The notes beneath the pieces were generated by a model. The model was not told where the DNA came from and did no database searches. It saw nothing but the letters and a program-made list of their open reading frames with translations. From the human T2T-CHM13v2.0 reference genome, Homo sapiens: 64,000 nucleotides of DNA. Each line of letters begins with the position of its first letter. The first letter of the stretch is position 1. The position numbers and the translations under genes are program-made. This document shows positions 15,091-27,502 of the stretch, one piece after another. Location of the stretch: assembly GCF_009914755.1 (NCBI RefSeq), contig NC_060927.1. The stretch is one strand, 5' to 3'.

Positions 15091-16279
15091 CTGTTGTAGA
15101 AGACTGAAGTGACCTCTTTCAGGAGGTTCTCTGAAGTACTATCTGGTTCCAGGGCCTGTTTCAGCAGTTTCCACCTGATATCATGGGCTGCCTGAGTAAT
15201 AAATTTATCCTTTAGGATTAGTTGTCTCTTGACCGAATCAGGAGAAAGAGAAGTATGCTTTACGAAGGCCTCTCTTAGCCTTTCCAGGAAGGCAGTGGGA
15301 TTTTAATCAAATCCCCGGTCTATCATGGATAGCTTGGTATAATTGATGGGCTTAGTTCTAGTCTGACATAAGCCCTCCATTATGCATACTTGAAAACGTC
15401 TCCTTTTCCGTTCTCCCATCTTGTCTTTGGGATCCCATTTAGGGCATCCAATGGTACTGCTTCTCTTCAAGTTAGATAAAGTTTGACTCCTTCCCTGACA
15501 CTATATGTGATACAAAACTCATCATCAAATCCTTCTGTCACTTGCAGAGTGGCCTGCTTCTCTTCATTGGTCAGGGTGTGATTCAAAAGTAATAGAGTCC
15601 TTCCAGAAGAGTTCAAATACCTGGGTTAAATTCTGGAAAACCTCTATACATCTGTCTCGGTCATCTGAACACCTGCCAAGATCCTTCTAAATTTGCCTTA
15701 AGTCTTGTAGAGAGAAGGGGATCTGGACCTTACTGGGGCCAAATTCATCAGGCATCTGCTGGAGGGGCAGGAGTGAGACTGGGGTTTGTTAGGGTGAGGA
15801 TTTCTAGGAGGGGGCAAACAAGAGAGAGAAACTGGTTAGGGAAGATGGGGTGGACCCAGAGGTATAAGGCCCAAGAGAGCTGGCTCCCCTGCTGGAGGTG
15901 CCTCTGGAGTTTGTTTCTTTAGTTCCCTGGGATTGCCCCTTGTAGCCTCTCCTGAGATGGCAAACAAGAGGACTGGATTAACCCTACACTGTTGGCAAAG
16001 GTCTGGGAATACCCTGCAAGGTAAAAAAGCCTGCACATACGGGGCCTCAGACCATTTGCCCTCACATTTACAGAAAAGGTCCAATTGCATGATGGTATCA
16101 AAATGAATGATTTCTTCTCGAGGCCAAGCCAGTCCTTCCTGCAGATCATAGTTTGGCCAAACCCTTGTGCAGAGGGCTATGAGGCATTTTTCCTCCAGAG
16201 TCTGAGGATCAAAAAAGTGATTCAGGATACACTCCAGAAGAGTATAGATTATGGATGGTGAAGATAACAAGTTGTCCAT
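15091..16279 (-). pseudogene. gag: Degenerate ERV1 gag (MA through CA)
   Basis: ORF 15836-16303 contains the MA motif QLDLFCKCEGKWSEAPYVQAF. The downstream minus frame gives the MHR-like NPTAFLERLREAFVKHT and LILKDKFITQAAHDIR...VFYNR. Stops and frameshifts are present. Confidence 0.88.
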
Positions 16280-17728
16280 TCTGAAAGACAGGAAAATAGG
16301 CATCCCTCATTTCACTTCTTTCTTTCAGTGAAAACTCGGGGTGTGAGGGAGAGAGAAAATGAGCATCTCCTTTTTCTGTTCTGTCTTTTTATCCCAGAGA
16401 CCCAGCAAACTTAGATGGACACCACCCATGTGTGCCATTGCGGCCTGCCCTCATGAAACAGGGAGGGCCTACAGAACAGGGATTGTTCTCACTCACCTAT
16501 GCCTCCATCTCTGCTACTGTCAGCAACCTTTGGGTTCCCTGAGCATCATCTATTCCATGGAGCATGGCCTCCTTCCATGAAACAGGAGTATAATCAGCAG
16601 GAATTGGTCCTGCCTATTTATACTGTGCCTGTTGCCTAGCTTTAGATCCCTCAGATCTGTTTTTTATTTCCAGGGCCTCAACCCGAACTTTAGAATTGAG
16701 TTTGGGATAAAAAGTTGTCTCAGGGGTCCATGGATTCATTCAGATTAAGCCCCAGATGGGATTTGCCAATTTTGCAGTTATTAGCTAGTGGGGGTCACTC
16801 CTCTGTTGCCTCCCTATCAAAAGCAGAGTGGTGAGGTAGTAAAAGGACCCTCTCACATAAAAAAGAGAAAAAAGAACAGCTTAAAGGGGCAGAAGAACCT
16901 CTTGCTCTATGCAAATGGTTTCTTTTAATCACTGTATCCCTCCCCCAGTTCAGACTGAACTTGAACTCCTCTGCCAGGAGAGAAAAGACTCTATGGGAAT
17001 GTGGTGAGAGGTGATGGTGAGTGGGAAACACTGGCCAGCTGGCTGCATGTAGTTCCTGGTCCCCAAGACTGCCCTGGGGCCTTGGTGGCAACCACAGTTC
17101 TCTCCTGCCCTGTGTAGCTATTGGATGTGGCAAGTGCATGCTGTGGACACACCCAAATGCCCCAGCTGAGAGGGGAGGGGTCAGGAGGGGAGCCACTGTG
17201 TCCTGTGTGCACCTGTGGCTGTTGGGGTGGGCATGACACCTCTAAGAACAAATGAAAATCACATTGTTCTGAATTGCATATCTGGTTGTTGGGCCAAACT
17301 CTCATTCTACTTAGTAACATTTCTGCAGTTTTCAGCAAAACCCTTAACATAAAAGAAGAGATAAGAGCCATTTCAAACTGTGAAAGAAGAAAGGTAAGAT
17401 ACCATAGAAATGTCTGTGGCTGACACCTTAATGGGTGATCTGGGACTGGGTCTGGTCTTGGGGCCTTCTGGCAACAGCAAGGAGTGGCCTTGGCCAGTGA
17501 CTTCAGTTGTCCTAGGATTTTAATCCAGTCCCACATGATGGTTAGACCTTTGTGAAGAAAAACAGAACCAACTTTCCTCTTCCCTGAAAAAAAAAAAGAG
17601 AGGTGGCAGGGTTGCATCCTGTCACCTGCAAGTGGCATAGCTCAGAGGAAAGTCTGAGGACAAGAAGCCTTGGGAAAAAAGTGAAGGAACACATTCAGCA
17701 GATCCACATTTATTCACCTTTCTGATGT

Positions 17729-17746
17729 ATACCGGGTGGGCGTCCA
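17729..17746 (-). promoter_or_regulatory. Degenerate primer-binding site (tRNA-Pro type)
   Basis: Minus strand TGGACGCCCACCCGGTAT lies 2 nt after the 5' LTR end and matches TGGGGGCTCGTCCGGGAT at 12/18. Confidence 0.6.
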
Positions 17747-17748
17747 AA

Positions 17749-18517
17749 TGAAGCAGGATATTTTCCTGACTCCTTCATGGGGATTGTGAGAGGGGTTCCT
17801 TGCTTACTCAGCCCACAGCCCTCAACCCTTCTTGGGAGGGAGAGCATGCAGGTGAGGAGATGCAGGAGCTAGGGCAAGCACTTTTGGGCTCTGGCAGGAA
17901 CAAACTCTGTACTGGCCCCACCGCAGTGTCTAGGGGATGTGCCCACAACTCCAAAGCCCCACGGGGAGTGTTACAGTGTTACAGTTGGTCTTCTTTCAGC
18001 TTTGCCATCCATGGATGGTTTAAGTGTTAACAGCTCAGCAGAGGGTCAGTGTGATAGCCTTTTGCACCTGAACTCAAGGCTCTGAGTTCTTGTCCGGCAT
18101 CCAGGAAAAAAGAGGTTGCACGAATGAATTAAAGATGGTAAATGTGGAGGATTTTATTGCCAATGGAAGTGGCTCTCAGTGAGATGAGGAGTTAAAAGAG
18201 GGATAGGACAGGAAAGCAATCATCCCCTGAAACTATGCTGTTAAGCTATGCCTCTGATGTCAAGCTGATTCTCTCCAATGTCCAACTGTAGTCCCAAAGT
18301 CCAACTGCTTCTCCTCTTCTCCTCTGGCTGAGCCTGGGGTTTTTATGGGCACAGGACAGGGGGCAGTGCAGGCCATCAGTGGTTTTGGAAAAGGCGGACA
18401 AACAGGGATATAGGTTCTCACTTTGGGCCTCAGTTCCAGGCTTGAGGTTGGGTCCCTTGCTGGGGACCCACCCTCTTCTGCCCAGAATTTCCCTGCCTGT
18501 TGTCCCTGTCATAATCA
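17749..18517 (-). repeat. 5' LTR of the ERV1 provirus
   Basis: Minus strand begins TGATTATGACAGGGAC...GGCAGGGAAATTCTGGGCAGAAGAGGG and ends CCTGCTTCA (TG...CA termini). Confidence 0.88.
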
Positions 18518-20059
18518 CTATACTTATAGGTCATTTCTTACAGGGAATACCAAGCATTTCCTATGTTTCTCTTCCCAGGTACTTGTAGCAAGCATTCTAT
18601 AAAGTTTGTAAGCATAAATGTTCTAAGAACATTTTAGAAAGCTTACCTGCTCCACTAAGCTGTCCTGGCAGTTTCTTGCTACCTAAGCCGTCTGCCACAT
18701 CTGGACCCTGCTTCGACCCTAACTATGGTTTGTGGCTCACTCAGCTATCAGTATTTTTCCATGTGGTCCTTCACCCCAAGAATAGGTCTAGACTAGTCTC
18801 TTAACTCCCAACAAGGAAAGAAAAGAAGATGCTTAAATTTTAAAAAGCAATTCATTAAGAATATGTGGATTCTGGAAAAAAACTACACTAGATTAGTTTA
18901 CACTACTCAAGGCAAAATTCAGGCCCATTATTGGGGTACTTGTGAAATGTGCTTTCCTTTTTGCTTTTGCCCTAATATCATGTACAGGGACTAGCTGATC
19001 TTTTTCCCTCTAATAGGAGTTTACTTTTCCGTGTCCATATTATGTTGACTTCAGGCTTCTTCTACAAGCCTCCAGAATTAAAAAAAAAATGAAGCTCTGC
19101 TGTTACTTTCAACTAAAAGACCCATCTCCCAAATCCTTATTTAATTCCCTGTGTTGACATTTTCCAAGGAATATTAATCATAATACTTGCTTTGATTTGA
19201 AGGATGTGTTGTGACCCTGCCCTGTGGCCCTAAAACAAAATATCTCTGCCTTAGTCCATCTTGAGTTAATCAGCCTTAGGTAACATTTCACTTTGGATAA
19301 TAATTCAACTCATGTTCCACAGTCAAATTCAATTCAATACAAATAATACATTTTTATACGTATATATGTACATTTGTCAAAATGCTTACTGACAAAAGCA
19401 TTATTTTTTGCAATTAAGCAACATAGTTTTCAGAAACAATACCCAAATAAAATGACCAGCCACATGACTAAATTTCTTAGTATGAAGTATCTGCATTCAG
19501 GTTACATCATTCAGGTCTTCTCCATAAGCAGAAAAATAAAACGAAACACACATTACTTGAAGCTCTTAAATTATAACTTTTGCCATCTGTAAATCAAATG
19601 TTCATGAAAGACTATTTCCAGAATATCTTACTGCTCTGTCTACTCAGAAAACTCTAAAAATATATATTAATTTCTAGATGGTTAAAGCTTCTTTTTGAAG
19701 CTTATATAACTTTGTCACTCCTAAAATTATTCATTTTTTAAATATAGACATTCATGACTCACATTCCAACAGAACATAGTATTTTGGCGTTTTTAACAAC
19801 ATGAGATGGGGGAAATATTTTGATATTTTCATGGGATCCACAAGGTTTCATTTGCATTAATAGTGACAATTTTATAGCCTTTTGCAGTTTATAGAACAAT
19901 TCTCACAAGCAGATTGATGTACAAACATCTAGAAATTCATAAAAAGTAATACATAAGCTTTTTAATGGGAATATAGTTCAATATTTTTTTATTTTGCTAC
20001 ATATGTGTTCAGAGAAATAATTTATAAAAATTAACAGATTGTTGAAACTAATTTCATAA

Positions 20060-20650
20060 TATGATTAGTTAATTTTTGCTTTGTAATAAAATATCCTAAA
20101 ATTTTGTGGCTTAAACCATAGCAATTTACATAGCTTATGATTTTGTGAGCCAGCAATTTGTCCTGGCCACACCTGGGTGGTTCTGCCAGTGTGGCCTGGT
20201 TCAACTGATCTCTGCTTGGTTTGTTTGTATTATCTGCAGTTAGATGTGTGGTGTTGTTTCTGAGACCTCTGTTCTGTTCCATTGGTCCATATATCTGTTT
20301 TGGTACCAGTACCATGCTGTTTTGGTTACTGGTGGATTAACTGGTAGATTACCTGTTCTAGGACAGCTTAGCTGAAACATCTTATCTCTAGTCTCTGTGG
20401 TTCTTCCATTATCCAGCAGGCAACCTGGGCTTATTCACATACATAGTAATTGTAATAGGCTTTCCAAAAGTAGCCAAAGAGAACAACTCCCAATTCAGAA
20501 GCACTTTAAAAGCTTCTCCTTGCATCACATTTGCTAACATTCCATTGGCCAAAATAAATCACATGATCAAGCTGAGATTGAGTGTGACAAGGCATTTAAA
20601 GTTATATGACAAGGTGTCATAAATAGAGGAGAATTTTTGTAATCAATCTA
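20060..20650 (-). mobile_element. Old MaLR LTR (MLT1F/G/H-like) interrupted by an 89-bp L1 fragment
   Basis: GTGGCTTAAAC...CAATTTA...ATGATTTTGTGAG...CAGCAATTTG, and ACATTCCATTGGCCAAA...AATCACATGA motifs. Confidence 0.7.
20241..20329 (-). repeat. 89-bp inverted copy of L1 ORF2 segment 20986-21074
   Basis: Reverse complement matches 20986-21074 at 87/89 positions. Confidence 0.95.
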
Positions 20651-20929
20651 TTGTTCTGTAAAACAGTTTATTGTTTCAATATAAAGTGATGCTTATTTTC
20701 TGAAATAATTATTAAGTATTCTCCCTATTAAGGAGCTAAATATATCATTAAGCCTCTGTGCTTCAAAGTATTTGATTGTTATTTAGTCAATCTTGGTGAC
20801 TGAAACCCAATCTAAAATTATAATTTTATACTATGTACTTCCAGGAGATCACAGGAAAATCCTGTATCTGCAAGCCCATACACATAGTCAACTCTTTATT
20901 GCTATATTTTTAACTTAAAAACTGGTAAA

Positions 20930-22413
20930 AGAACAAAGCGGGAGGCATCATGCTACTTGACTTCAAACTATACTACAAAGCTACGGTAACCAAAACAGCA
21001 TGGTACTGGTAGCAAAACAGATATATGGACCAATGGAACAGAATAGAGGTCTCAGAAACAACACCACACATCTACAACCATCTGATCTTTGACAAACCTG
21101 ACAAAAACAAGCAATGGGGAAAGGATTCTCTATTTAATAAATGATGCTGGGAAAACTGGCTTGCCATATGCAGAAAACTGAAACTGAACCCCTTCCTTAA
21201 ACTTTATACAAAAATTAACTCAAGATGGATTAAAGACTTCAACGTAAAACCTAAAACCATAAAAACCCTGGAAGAAAATCCAGGCAATACCATTCAGGAC
21301 ACAGGCAAGGGCAAAGACTTCATGACTAAAACACCAAAAGCAATTGCAACAAAAGCCAAAGTTGACAAATGGGATCTAATTACATTAAAAAGCTTCTGCA
21401 CAGCAAAAGAAACTGTCATTAGAGTGAACAGGCAACCTACAGAATGGGAGAAAATATTTGCAATCTATCCATCTGACAAAGTTCTAATATCCAGAATCTA
21501 CAAGGAAACTTAAACAAATTTACAAGAGAAAAATAAACAACCCCATCAAAAAGTGGGCAAAGGATATGAACAGACAATTCTCAAAAGAAGACATTTATAT
21601 GGACAACAAACATACAAAAGAAAGCTCATAATCACTGGTGATTAGAGAAATGGGAATCCAAACCACAATGAGATACCATCTCACGCCAGTTAAAATGATG
21701 ATCATTAAAAAGTCAGGCATCAACAAATGCTGGAGAGGATGTGGAGAAATAGGAACACTTTTACACTGTTGGTGGGAGTGTAAATTAGTTCAACCGTTGT
21801 GGAAGACAGTGTGGCGACTCCTCAAGAATCTGGAGCCCGAAATACCATTTCACCCAGCAATCCTATTACTGGGTATATACCCAAAAGATTATAAATCATT
21901 CTACTATAAAGACACATGCACATGTATGTTTATTGCAGCACTATTCATAGTAGCAAAGATTTGGAACCAACCAAAATGCCCATCAATGATAGACTGGGTT
22001 AAGAAAATGTGGCACATATGCATAATGGAATACTATGCAGCCACAAAAAAGAATAAATTTGTGTCCTTTGCAGAGACATGGATGAAACTGTAAACCATTA
22101 TTCTCAGCAAACTTACACAGGAACAGAAAACCAAACACCCTATGTTCTGACTCATAAGTGGGAGCTGAAGAATGGGAACACATGAACACAGGGAGGCAAA
22201 CATCACACACTGAGGCCTTCTGTGGGGTGGGAGGCAAAGCGAGGGAGAGCATTAGGACACATACCTAATTCATGCGTGGCTTAAAACCTAGATGACAGGT
22301 TGATGGATGCAGCAAACCACCATGGCACATGTATACCTATGTAACAAACCTGCACATTCTGCACATGTATCCCAAAACTTAAAGTATAATTTAAAAAAAG
22401 AAAAAAAAAAAGC
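20930..22413 (+). mobile_element. 5'-truncated L1PA (about L1PA7) with ORF2 C-terminal remnant, 3' UTR and poly(A)
   Basis: ORF2 peptides [20 protein letters not shown] and [14 protein letters not shown]. Perfect 13-bp TSD AAAAACTGGTAAA at 20917-20929 and 22414-22426, at a TT/AAAA endonuclease site. Confidence 0.96.
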
Positions 22414-24282
22414 AAAAACTGGTAAATGGATGACTAAAACACTACTACCTTAAAATAAATATTCACTCTCTATGTTGGCAAGAAAGAGCAGCTGGAGAGA
22501 ATTCTCCTCCATGCTGATAATGATAATTTCAAAGTATATAACCTTCTAATTAAACTATTTGATAGTTTAACACCTTTGTATTTCTTCCTTTGCAGAATTA
22601 CCAACAATTTTGATAGACATTCTTTGAACACAAACTATTTCCCATCCCAATATTTTTTAGTTAGGCAAGATTTCATATCATCTATATTCTTTTGCCAAAT
22701 TAGTGTTGATTTCTTGGTCTTGAGAGGTTCTTTGGAAGTACAACATGATATGTTTCTAGGAGGATTTAATCATCACATAAAAATGAAAAATAATAACCTT
22801 ACTTGTGAAAGTGGTTTCCAGATATTCTGATAAAGAAATTGCAGCTGTCATGTAAAAAAGATTTTCAGTAAGAAGAAACTTGATCCCTGTGACAAGACAA
22901 CTTTATACTGCTACTAAAATTTGTTTAAATCAGTTATAATATGCTATACTTTTATATGCTTTGATTTTAATCTGGAAAAGATGATACAAGGTCAAAGTAA
23001 GTTTTTGTCATAACTTCTATTAAAATTGGTTCTTACCATTCACTAATCAAACTGAATGAAAATTATACATATGTATACGTATAATTATACATATTTGTAC
23101 ATATATATATATGCCAGTGTGCATATATATGTATGTGTGTGAATGCCTATTTTCAGCAAGATTGGATGGAAAGGCATATTGACCACTTTCTCAGAGTATT
23201 CTTTTATTTTCGCATGGACTATATTAATATGAGAAGGCTATTTACAGCATGTAATCTGATGAAGATTCATTCTATTTACAAGAAGCAGCATTATAATTCC
23301 CAGGAAAATATAAGCAAGCCCATATGCATAAAATAATGGAAAATATTAAATTTCCAGGCATGGTTGTACTAGAATGATGATTTATCATTCATTTATTTAT
23401 TCTCATTCATTAAACATGGATTCTGTGTATTGAACCCTGTCTTAAGTTTTGAGGAATCACAGAAGAATAAGTCACAATGCTTGCCCAGGGACATGCAAAT
23501 GATGAGATGGGATCTCCAATCCACTCTGCCTGCCTCCTTTAGAAGGGAACTCAAGACCCTGTAATAATCACTAGCTACTTCTTGGCAAAGTGTGATTTTT
23601 ACTGAGAATTGCATATATCTATTTCCTAACCTTAAACATTTTACAACTTTAGGAATATATATTACCTATATTAATGTATGCACTCCAAAGGATTATAAAA
23701 TCAAAGAGAAAAATGAGGTATTGGAGGATTTTTTAATATGTTCTTTTGTAATTTAAGTATGTTTCTTTCTCATTTATGGACTAGGGTTTATTCTTCCACT
23801 CTTCAGAGTTAAAATAGTTTCATTTTACCTTGCAATAAAGTCCTAAATACTTACCAAATCTGCAAGAATTTTCTTTGATGTAATCTCAAACTTTTCACTG
23901 TCTTCTACTACATTGTTTTGCAAAGTCTGTAAATATCCTTATTTACATTTTTCCTGCCTATTATGTTTTTATCACTCTTTAATTTGTCTGTTTTCTGCTC
24001 TCAACCTTTAATCCTTTTATTCTTATTTTCCAATTGTCAATCTCTTTTTCTGATTAAAAACATAGTTCAAATATTACCTGTTTAAAAATGTTTGCTTTGC
24101 CTGATTTATCTGTCTCAAGAGCTTCCCCCATATAGTAGGTGTTCATTAAATATTTGTTGAAAAAATTGATCATGTAAAATTTATTGTTTAGTAGTTATTT
24201 AATTTCAGATTGTATAATAGATGATGATGTATCTTTCTCTTACCCATTAATTTGTTAGTTCTATGAGAGACAGCACCCTATA

Positions 24283-24614
24283 CAGCCAGTTTTCTATGCC
24301 TATGCATTCCTCATCCATGAATTCAACCAATTATAGAACAAAAATATTTGAAAAAATGGATGGTTGTGTCTGTACTGAACATGTACATACTTTTTTCTTA
24401 TTATTCCCTAAACAATATGGTATAACAACTATTTACATGGCATTTACATTGTAGGTACTGGAAGTAATCTAGAGACGATTTAAAGTACACAGGAGGATGT
24501 GTGTAGGTTACATGTAAACACTATGCATTTTATATAAGGGATTTGAACATCCCTGAATTTTGCTATCTGCAGTGATCCTGGAATCAATCCCGCATAAACA
24601 CTGAGGAACAACTG
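24283..24614. mobile_element. MER2 (TcMar-Tigger MITE)
   Basis: TA-flanked CAG...CTG ends. Interior TGTACTGAACATGTAC and AGTAATCTAGAGACGATTTAAAGTA match the recalled MER2 consensus. Confidence 0.85.
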
Positions 24615-25464
24615 TATTAATATTTTTTTCAGGAACCAGCACAGTTCCTTCTTCTGCTCAACAGAAAAGTAAAAACTAAATTGAATCAGGGCGGTTTCTA
24701 AAACTGGGGAGTTGATCAAGTACCTTCATGTGACTAGATAAAAGGAAAGATATTTTGAATATCAGTGATGATTTCATAGGCAGAAGATGTTCCATTCTAT
24801 TAAGACAAGTTTACCTTTCTTTTGGTAGGAAATACACTTCTAAGATGACCTAAACTACCTTCTGCTTTGGGTCCCTGTTGAATATTCCTTTGTCTATGCT
24901 ATGAACTTGAAACAAGAAGACCCACGAACTAAGAGAAGGCTCATCTCTAACTCATTTTTTTGATCATAGTCAAGTTATTTAAAATGCCATAGATTTCCTC
25001 ATCTGTAAATGGGTCTGATAATATTTGTTTTGATGATCTCATAGGTTTGCTTTGAGAATATAATAAAATATTTGCACATTTGGAGACACAAACAAAGCTG
25101 TGTTATTCTAAATTTCCTTAGAACTGGCTTTTAGCTTCCTCAGGGCCTAAGCACGGAACCTAGGTTTTGATTTACTACAGAAAGTTAATAATTCTGCGGG
25201 GAGAGAAGAGATGTCTTTACGCAGGGTTCTTCTTATCTACTTACCTGGCTCATTTCCTGCCTCCCCCAATTAACTCTTTGTGATGGCATCCTTTCTTTTT
25301 CTTCATAGAGATAGTCAAGATTTGCAATAATAGATTTTCTTGTTTCATTTTTCATTTTACGTTTCACAAGTCCATAGGTTTCATGAGGGTATAAACTGTA
25401 CCTGTGAAACAATGTCTATGTGGTAAAGTGCAGGTGTAAAATTAAAACAAAATAACCTAGGATC

Positions 25465-25620
25465 AATGGGTCTCCAATTTTAATGTGAATCGGAATCACA
25501 GAACTTGTTAAAAAATACAGACTCTGAATGCCAATGTGGGAGATTTTGATTTTGTGGTCTGGTCACCCCAGATGTTTCTGATGTGAATGGTCAACAGATC
25601 TTCCTGTGATAAATAAAGAC
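25465..25620. mobile_element. MER5-like hAT MITE
   Basis: GGTCTCCAA...GAATCAC...CTTGTTAAAAAATACAGACT...GAGATTTTGATT...GGTCTGG motifs. Confidence 0.55.
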
Positions 25621-26400
25621 AGGATGATGCATTTAATGCATTTTGTATGGGAATCACCACTGTCCTCAGTGATTTAGGAAGAATTAGAGCCGCCTTCTTG
25701 ACACACCCGGAAATTAACCCCTCTGGAAATGTACACTGTGAGGAGGCAGATTAGCCCTTCATTTGTCTCAGAACACAGCAATTACAATTCAGACTTTTGA
25801 AGGGATAGAAAATAAGGCTTCTTAAGGATGCAGTTTGGCAGACTGTAGCAATGCTGTGTCTTTGGGCATTGGATGCCTGCCAGAAGCACTTGCCCAGCAC
25901 TAATTGCAGAGCACCTGAACTTTTATCCATTATCTGTTCTGCTGCATAAAAACTTGAACACTCCGATGAATGGTTTTTATTCTTTGCAGCAGCTCCAGGA
26001 CAGGAGGAAAATCCTTTCATTTAATTAGCCTATTATTTTCCATTTTGAGGCTTCAATAGAGACTCAGAAACAGGTGCCAGTTTCTCTTCAGGCTCTAGGC
26101 CTAAAGAAGTGAGAATAACTGCTACTGAGGAATGAAAGCAGATAAGGCCTTGGCAGCAATGCCATTAACTTGCCTCTACCTATGTAGTCCAGAAACAGAT
26201 GTTAATTTCCAAATGTGCAGCCCCAAAGTGGAACAGCTTAATCATTGGTTGGGCTTTTGTTTATTGCCTATTAATGCTTTCTGCCAGCTTCTCAATGTCT
26301 GGAAATCTCTCATTCTCTTCCTCTCTGTCTCTGTCTTCTGTAGATTTATTTTAATAATTGGGGTTTGTGTTTATTCTTTTAAATTACCAACACTACCTCA

Positions 26401-26756
26401 TGTCATAGTCTGTCTGGGCTGCTATAACAATAATACCATAAATTAGGTGTCTTAAAAACAACAAAAATCTGTTTCTCATAGATTTGGAAGCTGGGAAGTC
26501 TGACATCAAGACTTGATTTGGTGCCTAAGAAGGTCTGCTCTCTAGTTCATAGATGGTGCCTTCTACCTGTGTCCTCGTATGATAGAAAGGGTAAGGCAGC
26601 TCTTTGAGGTCTCCTTTATAAGGGCGATAATTCCATTCATGAAGGTTCCAGTTTCTTGATCTAATCACCTCACAAAGACCCTTACTCCTAATTCTATCAC
26701 ATTGGGGAATAGGTTTAAACATGGGATTTTGGAGGACTCAACCCTTTAACATAGCA
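26401..26756 (-). mobile_element. MLT1A-like MaLR solo LTR
   Basis: TGTCATAGTCTG...GGGCTGCTATAACAA...GCTGGGAAGTC...TTTATAAGGGC...TAATCACCTC...CATAGCA. Confidence 0.8.
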
Positions 26757-27502
26757 TCTTGTTATAGATGCTGCTGCTCAAGATGTTTTGGTTCCCAAGG
26801 CTGCAGTCAGCAGTGGAGGTGCCTGCAACCACTCACATTCCATTTGTGAGGCTTGATCATTTCCTGATGCAAGGCAAGTCCTCATACTGCCAATTGCAGC
26901 CAAGGTTCACAAGATTACTTTTACCAAGTAATCTTGGTAAGGCGAAACAAAAATTAAAAATAAATAGGCATTTACCTCAATATTTCACTTTAAAATTCAT
27001 TTTATTAAACAACAGGAAGCTTTTTTTTTTAGAAGGTATTTGTATTGCTGTCTTCAGATGAGGAAACCATAAGCGGAAACTAGAAACTGCAAATTGAATA
27101 AAGAAATAAGATATTTTGTGGGACCAGAAACATATCACTATCGCAATAGATGGTTTTGATTGTGGGCTTTGGGAAGGAGTGAATGGGTTAATAAGCCATA
27201 AGTCAGTCAGCTGCTAAGGGTAGAAATAACCTGAAGTTGAGAAATATTATTTAAAGTACATGAGAAGCATAGGGCTGGGACTGACATCTTTGTCGAAAGG
27301 GCAACTCAAAAGCCATAAATGGCCAGTTTATGAGATGGCTCAAAGGCCAGTGAAAGGACAGTTGGATTGACTTTCTCAGTGAGTAAATTCTTTGAGAGAA
27401 AATAAACTGGAAATTGATATATTATCAAGCTCCCTCAGGCCAACGGAAGCAGAGTCAACAGTTTTCTTTTGGCTCAAATAATTCATCTTGACTGTCTAAA
27501 AT

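Larger units (their letters stand above)
13716..18517 (-). mobile_element. Internally deleted ERV1 provirus (HUERS-P/MER52-like interior, LTR1/LTR27/LTR28/MER52-group LTRs)
   Basis: Two homologous direct LTRs (13716-14505 and 17749-18517), both starting TGAAGCAGGATATTT on +. Degenerate tRNA-Pro PBS, PPT, and gag/IN/env remnants lie between them. Flanks CAAT/CTAT are a possible 4-bp TSD with one mismatch. Confidence 0.9.

Noticed and set aside
15836-16303. 155-aa gag ORF as a possible domesticated gene
   Set aside because: It leaves the gag frame after MA, the N-terminal Gly appears replaced (MDN), and downstream CA has stops.
16795-17638. ORFs of 133 and 215 aa on the minus strand
   Set aside because: They lie in the GC-rich ERV leader upstream of gag and show no recognisable protein motif.
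21322-22093. ORFs of 63 and 151 aa
   Set aside because: Frameshifted fragments of L1 ORF2 in a 5'-truncated element with no promoter.
23061-23135. Nested TATACATATGTATA palindromes
   Set aside because: Low-complexity TA/CA microsatellite-like sequence in which self-complementarity is expected.
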